A stretch of DNA of 64,000 nucleotides from positions 218,832 to 282,831 of the forward strand of contig NW_004797271.1 in the NCBI RefSeq assembly GCF_000002075.1, in the 5' to 3' direction. Below are positions 25,510 to 37,494 of this stretch, one piece after another. Numbering within the stretch: position 1 is the first letter of the stretch; each line of letters opens with the position of its first letter. A model generated the notes under the pieces. It saw only the letters and a list, made by a program, of their open reading frames with translations. It was not told the DNA's origin and made no database searches. A program made the position numbers and the translations under genes. This DNA comes from Aplysia californica. Lineage: Eukaryota.

Positions 25510-26540
25510 NNNNNNNNNNNNNNNNNNNNNNNNNNNNNNNNNNNNNNNNNNNNNNNNNNNNNNNNNNNNNNNNNNNNNNNNNNNNNNNNNNNNNNNNNNN
25601 NNNNNNNNNNNNNNNNNNNNNNNNNNNNNNNNNNNNNNNNNNNNNNNNNNNNNNNNNNNNNNNNNNNNNNNNNNNNNNNNNNNNNNNNNNNNNNNNNNNN
25701 NNNNNNNNNNNNNNNNNNNNNNNNNNNNNNNNNNNNNNNNNNNNNNNNNNNNNNNNNNNNNNNNNNNNNNNNNNNNNNNNNNNNNNNNNNNNNNNNNNNN
25801 NNNNNNNNNNNNNNNNNNNNNNNNNNNNNNNNNNNNNNNNNNNNNNNNNNNNNNNNNNNNNNNNNNNNNNNNNNNNNNNNNNNNNNNNNNNNNNNNNNNN
25901 NNNNNNNNNNNNNNNNNNNNNNNNNNNNNNNNNNNNNNNNNNNNNNNNNNNNNNNNNNNNNNNNNNNNNNNNNNNNNNNNNNNNNNNNNNNNNNNNNNNN
26001 NNNNNNNNNNNNNNNNNNNNNNNNNNNNNNNNNNNNNNNNNNNNNNNNNNNNNNNNNNNNNNNNNNNNNNNNNNNNNNNNNNNNNNNNNNNNNNNNNNNN
26101 NNNNNNNNNNNNNNNNNNNNNNNNNNNNNNNNNNNNNNNNNNNNNNNNNNNNNNNNNNNNNNNNNNNNNNNNNNNNNNNNNNNNNNNNNNNNNNNNNNNN
26201 NNNNNNNNNNNNNNNNNNNNNNNNNNNNNNNNNNNNNNNNNNNNNNNNNNNNNNNNNNNNNNNNNNNNNNNNNNNNNNNNNNNNNNNNNNNNNNNNNNNN
26301 NNNNNNNNNNNNNNNNNNNNNNNNNNNNNNNNNNNNNNNNNNNNNNNNNNNNNNNNNNNNNNNNNNNNNNNNNNNNNNNNNNNNNNNNNNNNNNNNNNNN
26401 NNNNNNNNNNNNNNNNNNNNNNNNNNNNNNNNNNNNNNNNNNNNNNNNNNTCAAGGATTAATCTCTTTCGGTCTCAGTCTCACGTCATGCTTTTTCCGGG
26501 TTTTGCAAACACACACAAATAAACAAAGTCACAGACAAAT

Positions 26541-26544
<4 letters not shown>

Positions 26545-26602
<58 letters not shown>
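26545..26602. repeat. (CA)n microsatellite
   Basis: Direct inspection. Confidence 0.97.
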
Positions 26603-26605
<3 letters not shown>

Positions 26606-26752
26606 ATATAATCAAATGCAATCATTACAGCGACCGAGGGTAAAAACACAAGTAGAAGAATATGACGTTGGGATTGATCGAGGGTCACGAGTCCTTTTAC
26701 CCTTTCCGGGATTGTCGGGGCCCTGCATATCTGACTGCTGCACCAGCTATCT

Positions 26753-26898
26753 CTACCGAAGACCATGGTGTTGTGTACATTTATACTGTATGAATGTCTT
26801 GAAAAACGACAGCCTGGTGGCGGGCATCCCTCTCCAGTCTTCATTTCTACGTACTTCAGGCAGCCTCATTCCGATTTCGAAGACACACTTTTCAGCTT
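26753..26898 (-). CDS. Candidate last coding exon of the membrane-protein gene (cytoplasmic tail)
   Basis: Acceptor ttttagttcctacag; only the phase-1 frame is open, matching the upstream exon: (E)AEKCVFEIGMRLPEVRR...HHGLR*. An internal donor (GAA|gtacgt) is also possible. Confidence 0.45.
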
Positions 26899-27029
26899 CT
26901 GTAGGAACTAAAATTTAAGCATTTTGCTCGGTTGGCAGCCGAAGCCTGAATAGTACGGCCACTGAAAGATCTTAAACATGCACATCTTGTACACGTGACC
27001 TTCGAGACTTTCTCGCACTTATCTGAGAA

Positions 27030-27335
27030 AGTTAGGTGTTATATCTTACCTACGCTACGATTAGGGGTGGGATTGAAAGACAGCAGTAAGAAGCAGCTAG
27101 ATGTAGCAGTGGAAAGAGTCGAAGGTAAAGGAGAGAGGAGCCAGGAGGAGACTAAGGATAGTTGGGGGAGGGGGAGGGGGCGGGGGGGAGCTGAGAGTGG
27201 AGAGATGAAAGCAACTGATAGCACAGGATAAGAGAAGGGGGACGGATGTGAAAAGAATGATACATTTCTAGAGAAGAAAATCGTGTCGTCGCTGTCAGGT
27301 TTCAAACACGGAATCGAGTGTATGAGCTGTTAAAG
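27030..27335 (-). mobile_element. Nin/Deu-type SINE, 5' half
   Basis: Aligns with the reverse complement of 25075-25360 and with 41600-41890. Confidence 0.75.
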
Positions 27336-27852
27336 AAAAAGAAACCATAGACACAGAAACATGTGTCAGACATATGGGCCTGACAATAAGACACCTTACT
27401 ACAGGTATCTTCACTGCACTGATTACTGTTGTTTGAAAGTGGGCCTGTTCATTACTCGTGCTAATTTGAGCCACCACTAGAAAAAACTGATGTGCGCAAT
27501 CGGTCTTTGGGATAGGTACCCTTAATTATGACCCTGTCGTCCCGTCATCATCATCGCNNNNNNNNNNNNNNNNNNNNNNNNNNNNNNNNNNNNNNNNNNN
27601 NNNNNNNNNNNNNNNNNNNNNNNNNNNNNNNNNNNNNNNNNNNNNNNNNNNNNNNNNNNNNNNNNNNNNNNNNNNNNNNNNNNNNNNNNNNNNNNNNNNN
27701 NNNNNNNNNNNNNNNNNNNAAAAAAGAGCCTTATGATAATGAGGTAGTGAAGTAGGAAAGCCGACAATAGAACAGCGCCAAAAGCAGCCAAAGAAGCTGG
27801 TGATGTAAAATGGAACTATGAAACAAAACGAAACTATAAACAAATAACATAC

Positions 27853-28009
27853 CCTTATCCGTTTTTGTCTTCTTCTTGAAACAGCCACATGACGTTTTGT
27901 CGTCACTGGTGCAGCAGCAACACCAAAGCAGACATAAAAGAAGCAGAACGCCTGCAAAACCACCGAAACCTGCTGCTAGGCCCTTAGTCATGTCACCATT
28001 GTCGTCAAA
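27853..28009 (-). CDS. Coding exon: transmembrane helix + Cys string + basic stop-transfer of an unidentified single-pass membrane protein
   Basis: ctcatattgcag|TTT...AAGG|gtatgt; 157 nt, phase 0 to 1; FDDNGDMTKGLAAGFGGFAGVLLLLCLLWCCCCTSDDKTSCGCFKKKTKTDK; non-repetitive. Confidence 0.78.
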
Positions 28010-28056
28010 CTGCAATATGAGACAATTGTTCAATCTGTCAGTTACAACAACGGGCA

Positions 28057-28070
28057 GAAGAAGAAGAAGA

Positions 28071-28124
<54 letters not shown>
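28057..28124. repeat. (GAA)n(GA)n microsatellite
   Basis: Direct inspection. Confidence 0.95.
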
Positions 28125-28126
<2 letters not shown>

Positions 28127-28559
28127 AATAAGATAACTTTTTTTTCAAACATGCAGGAAAAACAGAAAATTTGAAAGAAAAACGAAAGAAAAACGAAAAA
28201 TAAGATCACATTCGGAAACCCAATTGAAGAATATCGAGGTATATGGCATGAACGACAATTGACTGCTGTACATATTATGCATGTATATTATGTTATCCTG
28301 GAGAAGATTAGAGAAGACTTACTTGTTCTTAAATTGGAATTAACAAATGTGGTGTCAGATAAAAAGCTGGGATGAATGGGTGAAAAAAGGACGTAGAAGC
28401 TATGATTCCTGCACAATGGACGAGCATTTGCACTTTGGAGATACAGGAGGTACAGATGGCGGCGGGTCTACGAAAAGAGGACACCGTCGGCACACACAAA
28501 AATGGTTCGCAAAGTATTGTTAGAATGTCTATAATATGTCTAAAAAGTTGTCGTATCGT

Positions 28560-31261
28560 TATGAGGTGCAATTGACCGATCAATTTTTTCGGTTAACCGA
28601 ACAAGATTCTTGGTCGAGTAAATCGACCGAAATGGTTTCTTGACCGAGCAAGACATCAATCAAACGTCAAAATTAATTGTCGCTATCAAACAAACGCGAA
28701 ACCCATAATTATTTTGTTGTTGCCTCATTTTGAAACTCAGCAAACTTCAAACTATCAACAAAATGAAATAAACATTTTCGATTTCCTAAAATGTATGTTT
28801 ATCAACATAGTAGAATCTGTTGTAATTATTCAGTATAAAAGCCTGTATCATTTTCAATTTTTGACAATCGTGTTTTGGTGATCGTCATTTATAGGCTTTC
28901 CGAAGGATGGTGCTCCTGGGTAACTCCCAAAGAGGCAATTATGAAACTTACTCGAACAAACATCAATCAAACGCCAAAACTGATTATCACTATTAAACAA
29001 ACGCGAAATTTAATATTTATCTTTGCCTCATTTTTCAATACGGCAAACTTCTGGCTTTAAAAAGAACTAGCTGGGCCGGCTTTCGATGAAAGGGATGATC
29101 GTTACAATATTAACTTCAACTGAAAGTCATTGGCCTACTTCCTCGACCTTTGCAAGCGCGAGGGGTTCCAACTGCAGAACGTCGTTTTCTGTTCTGCGTG
29201 GTCAGGCGCTATCTAGATCTAGATTCTACTCTAAGACCTGTCGACGTTGTTCCCAGTAGCAAGAAAAAGAATTTGCCAAAGGAGTCCAGAAAAAGCGATG
29301 AAGGATATCAAACGAAAGAATCATAGTCTAATTTAGCACCAAGTAAAAAAAGAAAACATGAGGCTAAATCTATACTGGTCGCACACTTAAAATAGTGCTC
29401 AGTATTGCGCGACAATGCGCGATAGTATCGAACGGAAGTACGACTTGAAATTTAAAAAAAACCTGGCGGATTTTGTAAAATTACAGAGACAGAAGCGTCG
29501 GCCTACAAAAGTGATCGGCGAAATAAAGAAATTTAGCTTTTTGCAGCAAAACTGTCACAAAACTGAATAAACGAAGGGCGTCATGATCTGGAGAATATTT
29601 TAAAGAATCCTTTGGCGAAAACGGCCTGTCGATCGATGCAGTCATTAAATAGCCTTTTGAATAGCAAAATTCGGCCACTACAAATAGATTTTTCAATACG
29701 TCAAACTTCTGGCTTTAAAAAGAATGAAATAACAGTTATAATTCTGTAAGATGTATGTTTAATATAATAGTCGAACTGGAGCTCACTATTCAGTACAAAA
29801 GCTTGTATCCTTTTCAATTGTTGACGGTTGCGGTTCTGTGTTCGTTATTGAGGCTTTTGGGATAATGGTGCTCCTGGGAAAACCTCAAACTGACAATGAT
29901 GAAACTTGTTCGAACAAACGGAAATCAAACGCCAAAATTACTCGTTGCTGACAAACAAAACGCCAAATATATTCTAATGTCAAGGCATTAGTCAAAATAG
30001 AATAAATTCGTATGTTTTAATTATGAAATAGCTGCCCAAGAGTATGTTTACTATTAGATACACAATTGGGAATCTTGTTGAATGTCAAACCCAGCAGCCA
30101 CTGTTTATTTTTAGACTGTCGCGGTTTTGTAATTGCACTGAGGGTAAAAGACATTGAAATGGCCGTGCACCTGGAAAACCAATCAGTCGGCAAATGTCTC
30201 GCGCCACCAGCACGAAAGCGAGACAAGCGTGTCAACTTATTAATATTCATAACGGAACATTTTAGCCAGGTTTACAATGAGGGTCCTATCGTTGATAAGC
30301 GTATTCGCGCATTTAGCCTATGTAGTTCTCCTTCATCCTCGCTTTTCGCTTCCAGTCGTTCTCTTCAAAAAGGATCTATATCGCCTTTTTCAAAATGATT
30401 TACTGACAGTACAGCAACAACAATATAAACATATTTTAAAACCCATAAACCCAGGCCCCTCCAACATGCCAGCAGCAGAATCGAAGGCTTACTAGATCTA
30501 GATCTAGATCTACGTCTGGGCCTACATGACCTTGAGACACATCGTCTGTAGGTTAGGCTAGCGGGTTTTTTTTTTACCTTGTCTGATCCGCTGATTTATA
30601 ACAAGGCAAACCAGTGACCCACAGTTCACTGGCATCCATATAAACCAAGTCTGTATTTCAGTTCCTCTTCATTTCTCTCTGCTCTCATTCTGACCTCTTA
30701 AGCCAGAATATTTCGTCCGATCTAGATGTTCACATTCTCAGTCTTAGTGTGAATGCTTTCCTCTTTTTACTTAATTTCAACGCTTCGACTCTGATCTGCA
30801 ACTTGTTATTCTGTATTACTGTGCAGATTTTTGTTTCCGTGCCTAGATCTATACTTTTCTTGAATAACACATTGAATAAATACCAGCACAATGAATTAGA
30901 TCTAACCTAAACCTATTAATACAATTATAAGCTCGATCTCGGCTGGAAACAGAGCGAAGAAACAAAAAGAAAGGAGCACTAACAAGACATGTTAAACAAA
31001 TTAAATAACTCTGCACGCATCTTTTATAATTGACTCCTATTTTTATACCGCGCGGAGCGACGAAGACCAAAAGCTATTTCTAGATCCAGACATCAGCTGA
31101 AAAATGCGTGCTACAGCGCAGGCGATGACTTTTAACCCCTGCTCGATCTTGATTTCTTGGTCGCGAAAATTTTTTTCGGTCAATTTCATCGGTTAATCGA
31201 ACAATTTTGCATTTAACCGATCATTACTCGACCAAGACTTTTCGCTTACTCGCACACCCTA
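28560..31261. mobile_element. Old hAT-like non-autonomous element with ~310-bp internal repeats
   Basis: Right end CGCACACCCTA; both ends rich in CGGTTAA/CGACC/TCGA subterminal motifs; diverged repeats 28655-28965 vs 28960-29066+29725-29965; no TSD recovered. Confidence 0.5.
29067..29688 (-). mobile_element. Non-autonomous Helitron
   Basis: Minus strand: A|TC 5' end, 3' hairpin CTTTCATCGAAAG then CTAG|T; the same 3' end recurs at 55444. Confidence 0.75.
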
Positions 31262-31304
31262 GGCTTTGTACGTCTGACCTGTAGCTCGCTAAGCTCGCGC
31301 CGTC

Positions 31305-31306
<2 letters not shown>

Positions 31307-31360
<54 letters not shown>

Positions 31361-31387
31361 TGTGTGTGTGTTTGTGTGTGTGTGTGT
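31307..31387. repeat. (CG)n(TG)n alternating purine-pyrimidine microsatellite
   Basis: Direct inspection. Confidence 0.95.
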
Positions 31388-31696
31388 GGTAGCCTATCCG
31401 TTCGGAATGTTTGGAGCCCCGAAGAGTGTGCTTTTCGCCAGGGCCACCGCCTCTCTGTGTGTCAGCACCTTGGAGTAACTATATAGGGAGAGGCCCTAAC
31501 GTTGCGTCGCCCGCTCAACAGTTCCAATCAAGTTGAAGCCGACGGGGGAGTTTATCGGGGCTGCCGCCATCTTTGTAAGTTCAAAACAATGCAGCGTACG
31601 CAGCGTAATCTCTTATCAAAACAAGCTGCTCGGACTCCATTGTCTCTCGAAATTTCTTTCTCAGTGTTAATTACAACATTATAAACACTCACGTAC

Positions 31697-32216
31697 AGTA
31701 GCAATATAATAAGGATGTTAAGAAATTTTACTTGCATCAAATTACCAGCTCACTTAGTCGAATATTTACAGTAATAAATGTACTATGTATACACATTGTG
31801 ATGGTAAGATATTTTTTAATGTTTTAGAGACGAAATTGGGATAAAAAGGATTAAAACAAAATTATAAATGGGATAACAAAGTTTGCTGAATTTTTGGTAG
31901 TAGAACTTCATTATTTTTACAAAAACGAAGACTTCTTGATAGTAATAATATAATAAGGACGGTAAGAAATCTTACTTGCATCAAATTACCAGCTCACTCA
32001 GTCGAACATTTAGTATTGCATGTAAAATATATACACATTGAGACGGTAAGACAATTTATTACATGTTTTAGAGAAAAAATGGGGATAATAAGGATCAAAA
32101 CAAATATAAACGGGATAACAAAATTTGCAGACTTTTTGGTCATAGAACTTCATCAGTGCAAAATGATGTCATCACTGAATTTATTTTTACAAAAACGTAG
32201 ACTTCTTGACTTAAAC
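31697..32216. repeat. Diverged tandem duplication, ~244-bp unit
   Basis: TAATAAGGA..TTACTTGCATCAAATTACCAGCTCAC at 31707 and 31951; both units end CAAAAACG.AGACTTCTTGA. Confidence 0.9.
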
Positions 32217-32659
32217 ATAGAACAAATATATTTCTAACAAAATGGAAAATGATTACACAAAAGATGGTAGTGGGGGTGGGATGAGATGGGCGAAGAATGA
32301 GGAACGAGAGGGCAAGGCAGATAAAAGTGAAGTATGATGGTGGAAATTACCCCCCCCCACACACACACACACAAAATCCCACAAAAAAACAACAACAAAA
32401 AACAAGAATAAAAACAGCCCCCTCCTCGCCCCCCCCCCCCCAAAAAAAAAAGCGAGGAGGGAGGGGCATCTTTAAAACACCCAGACACTTTATCAAAATT
32501 TTACAAAATACTGTTAAGTGTACGGAAAAATAAAAATAAAATTTGAAATGATAGGCTTATTATAAGAATTTCAAAACAGATTGCACTAATTTGTGACTTT
32601 TCTCATTTGACAATGTCACACCCCTTGCACAGACAGACGACATATGGCATCGAAAATGT

Positions 32660-33005
32660 TATTCACACACCAAACACATTTCAATGACATTCTTTGAAGG
32701 CACTGTCAAACCTCCGACGAGACTCCAAAAACAGCAAGGAAGTTACATTTGACACACTGGAGTCAACTAAGGTTTCACATTTTCAAATGCTTTGTCAACC
32801 TTAACGACACAAAATCAGCAATGTGAGCAACAGTATTCTCAGAACAAATTGACAAGTATGCCAGACTAGATCCAGGCACATACGTGCAGTTATCATCATG
32901 GCAAACTGAATTTTCTTCAATCTTTTTCATCCTGTTTTTACTGTGATATGCATTTATGGCTAAATCAGAAGGCACTTCGCCATCAAGTTCAGTGTCTTTG
33001 CTAGA
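32660..33005 (-). pseudogene. P-element/THAP9-like transposase C-terminal remnant
   Basis: SENTVAHIADFVSLRLTKHLK then CET resembles the ENxxxYIAGFVxRKL..CxxC motif. Confidence 0.55.
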
Positions 33006-33029
33006 GACTGATATTTTTAAAAACGTTTT

Positions 33030-33425
33030 TCGTAAGCCTTATAAGTGTTTTACGGCACTCGCAACTGCAGAAAGTCATATGGTCATATGAGCGCGAGGAA
33101 CACATTAAACATTTTAAGTTGATAGAAAATTTAGAATTTTGCCCGGGTGGCGACCGAAGCCTACTCTTATCGATTTTAGACCACCAAGGGACTTTTAATG
33201 GGCGCATTTTGCATACGGGACCTCTGAGATTTTTTCGTCCTTGTCCGAGAAGGCTAGGGGCGTATCTTTCCTACCAGAAGATCACAGGTGTGGCTGAAAG
33301 ACAGAAGAAGGAGCCAAGGGGTGGCAGTAGAAAGGCTGCAGAAAGAGTCCGGAGCCCTGAGGAGGTGGGGGCAGAAAGTGGAGACGAAAGCAGACGACAG
33401 AGAATGTAGAATTTTAGAGAATAAA
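33030..33425 (-). mobile_element. Nin/Deu-type SINE lacking its head
   Basis: Tail hairpin, core GACCACCAAGGGAC..CGGGACCTC..TCCTTGTCCGAG and purine-rich spacer. Confidence 0.85.
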
Positions 33426-34001
33426 ATTTCTGGAGCCTGAAGACTAAGGTCAACAAAAGACAACCATCTCAGATGGCAGGCTAGCACTTCATGGGGAGCG
33501 GACAAAGACGCACTAAGACAGCTATATGTTGGCTGTTACACGCTTTACTATGGAATATGACTTATGCCTACAGACAATCTGCTGCAAATTCAGAGGTCTC
33601 TAGACAAAATGCAGAACCTAGCTGTTAGATTTATTTCAGGAGTTAAGAGATCAACAGCAGCTTGTGATATCCATACAAACCTGGAACCCTTTGACTTGCA
33701 AGAAGAGGCAGCAGTTGTGGAGATGAGTAAAGCCCCGATTACACGTACCGATAAATTGTGTCAGATTCCCTGTATGCGAGAACTTCTCTTTCAATCGAAC
33801 GGAGTAGTCTGTTCACACACATTCCAGTCTATCGTTCAGTTTTCTTTAGATCGAGGAGATTTCTCGTCATAAAGCCACCTTGTCCCTTTGTGACCACAGC
33901 GATGTGCTTGCACTCCATGTGCTGCTAAGCAAAATATAGAAAAAGAGGCCTATTTGGACAAGACTGGCTTTTAAAGCGAATATTTTCACCTGCACAAACG
34001 A

Positions 34002-34460
34002 GGGGCTCTCGTGGTCTAAAGGCATAGCGTTCGCCTTTCATTCAATGGGTCCCGGGTTCGAAACTTGACAGCGAATGAGACATTTTTCTCTCTACAAATT
34101 TCTCCTTTCACCTCTTATTCCGTTCTCTAGCCACGTTCTGTCATATATTTCTGCTTTCTTCATCCCAACTTTCTTTCCAACCCCATCCCGTATCCCCACC
34201 CGCCTTCGGTCTTCGGGCTCCCCATTGCTTTACTCCTGACTCGTTCTGCAGGATGCACCGCTTCTTCTGGCTCCTTCCTATTGCTGCATTTACTTTCAGT
34301 CACACCTCTGATTTTAGGGTTGGTTTGATCTAACACATAGTCTTCTCGGATAAGGTAAAACATTCTTGGAGGTCCCAAGTGCAAGCTGCGCACGTTAAAG
34401 ATCCCTTGATGGTAATAAAATCGTTAAGAGTAGGCTTTGGTTGCCACCATGGCAAAAGCC
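34002..34460 (+). mobile_element. Nin/Deu-type SINE
   Basis: GGGGCTCTCGTGGTCTAAAGG (A box), GGGTTCGAAAC (B box), CTCGGATAAGG..GGAGGTCCC..GCACGTTAAAGATCCC. Confidence 0.88.
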
Positions 34461-34479
34461 ACCCTTATCCGACAACGTG

Positions 34480-34775
34480 TTCGATCTTACCTCCCTAAGA
34501 TCCGGGATGCGTCTCAAAGACAGCTCAGCAAGGAGCCAGAAGTTGAAGTAGAAAGTGTCAGGAGCTCAGAGGAAGGAGAAAAAGTTTGTGTGAGGAAGGG
34601 GGGCAGAAATGGGATATGAAAACAGATGACAGAACATTATTAGAGAGCAAGAAAGGATATGAAAGGAGAACGTACTTTACTTTTAGAGACGAAAAAACTT
34701 CCTTGGCTATCAGGTTTCGAGCTAAGGAGAAGCAAACGCTGTACCTTTTGACCACAGAAACCCCCCAACCCCTCG
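34480..34775 (-). mobile_element. Nin/Deu-type SINE 5' half, inverted relative to its neighbour
   Basis: Reverse complement of the head and spacer of 34002-34320. Confidence 0.8.
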
Positions 34776-36489
34776 TCCATTTCGAAAGATAGTAGAACAC
34801 TATCATTACAAAAGGGTCGCAATATTGCAGCTTTGACTTGACGCAGATGTGCAACGCATCGGGTGACCGTGATATACTTCACCACTGTTGATCAATTTTT
34901 TAAATTGCTAAAATCCACATCGTATCGCATCAAATCAGGTTTTTCGCGAGCCATCTTGCTTATTTATTTATTTTTTGGGGAGACACCGATACCGATTATG
35001 CAATCAGTTGTAAGCGTCGATAAATATGGTTACAATTTTGCCTCCGAAGTTTAATCCTGCACGGTGTCAAATTTTTAAGTGACTCTACGACACAGCACTA
35101 GGCCAGGGCAAGATCTACTCTGGGATCGATTCTTTCGAGTCCAAATGAGGACTCACAGAATCGATCTTGTTCCCAGATTCTAAGCTTCGAGTCCGCCCAG
35201 GGTCGATGCCTCTCGTCTCTTTTTTTTTTAGCCTGGTTCCTAGCCTAGACTCCGAGAATCGAGGCAAGAATCTAAATCTCTACCTCACTATTACAGTCCT
35301 GTCATGGGATAGGCCTAGGGCTGTCCCACCCCACAGTCGAGTTTTTCGCTTCAAAACAGACAGCGCACCAGGACAGGACTGATCCGGCGCATAAGGCGGC
35401 TTCTTTGATGTTGGCCTAGGCGGAGTTAAAAATGCATTCCAAAAATTTCTTAAATATTGGTCAAATTTAAGAAATAATAAGATTTTCGTGATCAGCGACC
35501 AAAAATTAGCAAAAATTACGCGTGGAACCCAAATTAATGCTCGATTACCAAGTTAAATTAATTTTTGTGAGTTTTGTTTACTTATGTGTTTTTTTTCACT
35601 ATTTGAATTTGGCGTGCACTAGGCCTTGATACATGTAGATTCAAGACTGTGTCTTCAAGGTGGATGAATCGAGGTTGCACGTGCCTGTGCTCTGTTGCTT
35701 CGTATTAGAAAAAAGAGAAAGAGAAAACAGTATTAGGTCATACTGTTCCACCGATGTTGTAGCAATTCACAACTGCTCGGGACTCAATGCAACAAAAATG
35801 TCACGTCCCAATAATAGGTGCGGTGGTGCGGTACATTACACTCAAGTTCAAAGGTTTCAAACGTCAGACGGGGTTGTCCCGGGACGAACTTTTGTAGGCC
35901 TAGTGAAGTAGGGGCAAGAAACTGCCAGTCAGTCACTATATCAATTGTTTCACGCAACCCCCACCCAACCCCACCTTCCTCTTCCTCTTCCCCGCTATGA
36001 GTGAATGCTAAACTAGGTCTAGGCCTACTTGTTGTGTCTACCGTGTAGCCCAGTACGAAACCACGCTGCACATAGGCTACTGCTACTTTGAATGTTGTTA
36101 CCCCACCCCCGCCCATCCCAAATTAAATCATTCACTTCCCTTTTCTCTTTCTTTTGTTTTGAACATTGAACGCTTGCTTTTGAATTTCACTGCACTTTCA
36201 TCTTTACTGTACACGTATTCTTTTGTAAATCTTATTGTGTTTTGAGTTAACATCAATGAGTCATCATGTCTGGACGTCGATCTTTAGCTTCGGATTTTTT
36301 TTATAAGCTGGAAAACACAGTACTGTTGTTTGTATGATTTGTAATAATGTTTTGGCATACAATAACACAACGTCGGCAATAACAAAACATTTGTCATCAA
36401 AGCATGCTTTGACGTATCAGGAAGCAAAGGGTGCAAGAGAGAAGGAACCTGTGCCCCACGCATTGGCAAGAGTGATAGAACGGAGGCAA

Positions 36490-36540
36490 CACACACACAC
36501 GACACAGACACAGACACAGACACACACACACACACACACC

Positions 36541-36585
<45 letters not shown>

Positions 36586-36651
36586 GCGCGCGCAAACACA
36601 CACGACACACACACGCAAACACACACTGACACACACACACAAACACACACT

Positions 36652-36690
<39 letters not shown>
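36490..36690. repeat. Compound (CA)n microsatellite
   Basis: Direct inspection. Confidence 0.95.
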
Positions 36691-36693
<3 letters not shown>

Positions 36694-36760
36694 TACGTGA
36701 AAACCAACTTGTCTTGGCACGCGCGCAGGCTTAGCCAGCCACTTCTGTCAAACTCGAGAA

Positions 36761-36890
36761 TCGAGGTCTCGATCTTAAGAGCTATTTTTAGCAGTGTTCA
36801 AGACTCGAGGTCTCGATCTTAAGAGCTATTTTTAGCAGTGTTCAAGACTCGAGGTCCCGATCTTAAGAGCTATTTTTAGCAGTGTTCAAG
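36761..36890. repeat. Three tandem copies of a 44-bp unit in the hAT subterminal region
   Basis: TCGAGGTCTCGATCTTAAGAGCTATTTTTAGCAGTGTTCAAGAC at 36761, 36805 and 36849. Confidence 0.95.
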
Positions 36891-37084
36891 TCATGGCCTC
36901 TAAACAGCCCACTTGAAGTAGCTTCCAAACTCGAAAATCGGACTCGATTCCTCGATCCTTTTTCAGTTTTGGGATCGAGGCCTCGAGTCTTTTTGCCGTC
37001 GATCTTGCCCTGGCCTACACAGCACGTCTCCCCCAAATCTCACCGTGATTGCACGAAAAATATCAAGCAGCGCTTGATTTCTCC

Positions 37085-37432
37085 GACCGAGTCTCCAAGC
37101 CATCGTCCAATCATCCAAACTTTGACTCGTGATCGTGAAGTTGCGGGGTCGGGGGTTCGAGCCGCGGGCCCTACGTTGTGTCCTTGGGAAAAGCACTTTA
37201 CACGAATTTTCTTCACTTCACCCAGGAGGGAATGGGTACCCGGCCATATAGTGCGAAAGGTTTTGTCAGTATGTTAGTGTTTTAGCGCCTATAAATGGGC
37301 GATTGCACTGTATGCTTGCCAGGAAGTTGAGGTTGTTTCAGAATACTCTCAGGTCTGCTGATGTCACGGTATAAATTGTGAAGCGCCTAGAGCCTGCTGT
37401 TGAGCGGGGATTTACTCTATACAAATACTATC

Positions 37433-37490
<58 letters not shown>
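37085..37490 (+). mobile_element. CORE-type SINE with L2-like tail and (ATT)n
   Basis: B box GGGTTCGAGCC; TGTGTCCTTGGGAAAAGCACTTTAC..CACCCAGG..AATGGGTACC; tail TGTGAAGCGCCTAGAGC..TATACAAATA. Confidence 0.85.

Positions 37491-37494
<4 letters not shown>

Larger units (their letters stand above)
35099..37017 (+). mobile_element. hAT transposon derivative with BED zinc-finger remnant
   Basis: TIR TAGGCCAGGGCAAGATC; 8-bp TSD CACAGCAC (35091-35098, 37018-37025); VVCMICNNVLAYNNTTSAITKHLSSKH at 36320-36410. Confidence 0.92.

Noticed and set aside
25388-26522. ORFs of 340-357 aa in the ORF track (also those across the gaps at 7635, 27558, 51235, 52441, 61980)
   Set aside because: They are read-through of N gaps, not coding sequence.
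36284-36822. Cys/Val- and His/Thr-rich ORFs (also the LSLS/ERER and TDRQ ORFs elsewhere)
   Set aside because: Translations of microsatellites; only the BED-finger part at 36320-36410 is meaningful.
36761-36890. 44-bp repeats that could be mistaken for a CRISPR array
   Set aside because: The units abut with no spacers, the context is eukaryotic, and they lie in a hAT subterminal region.
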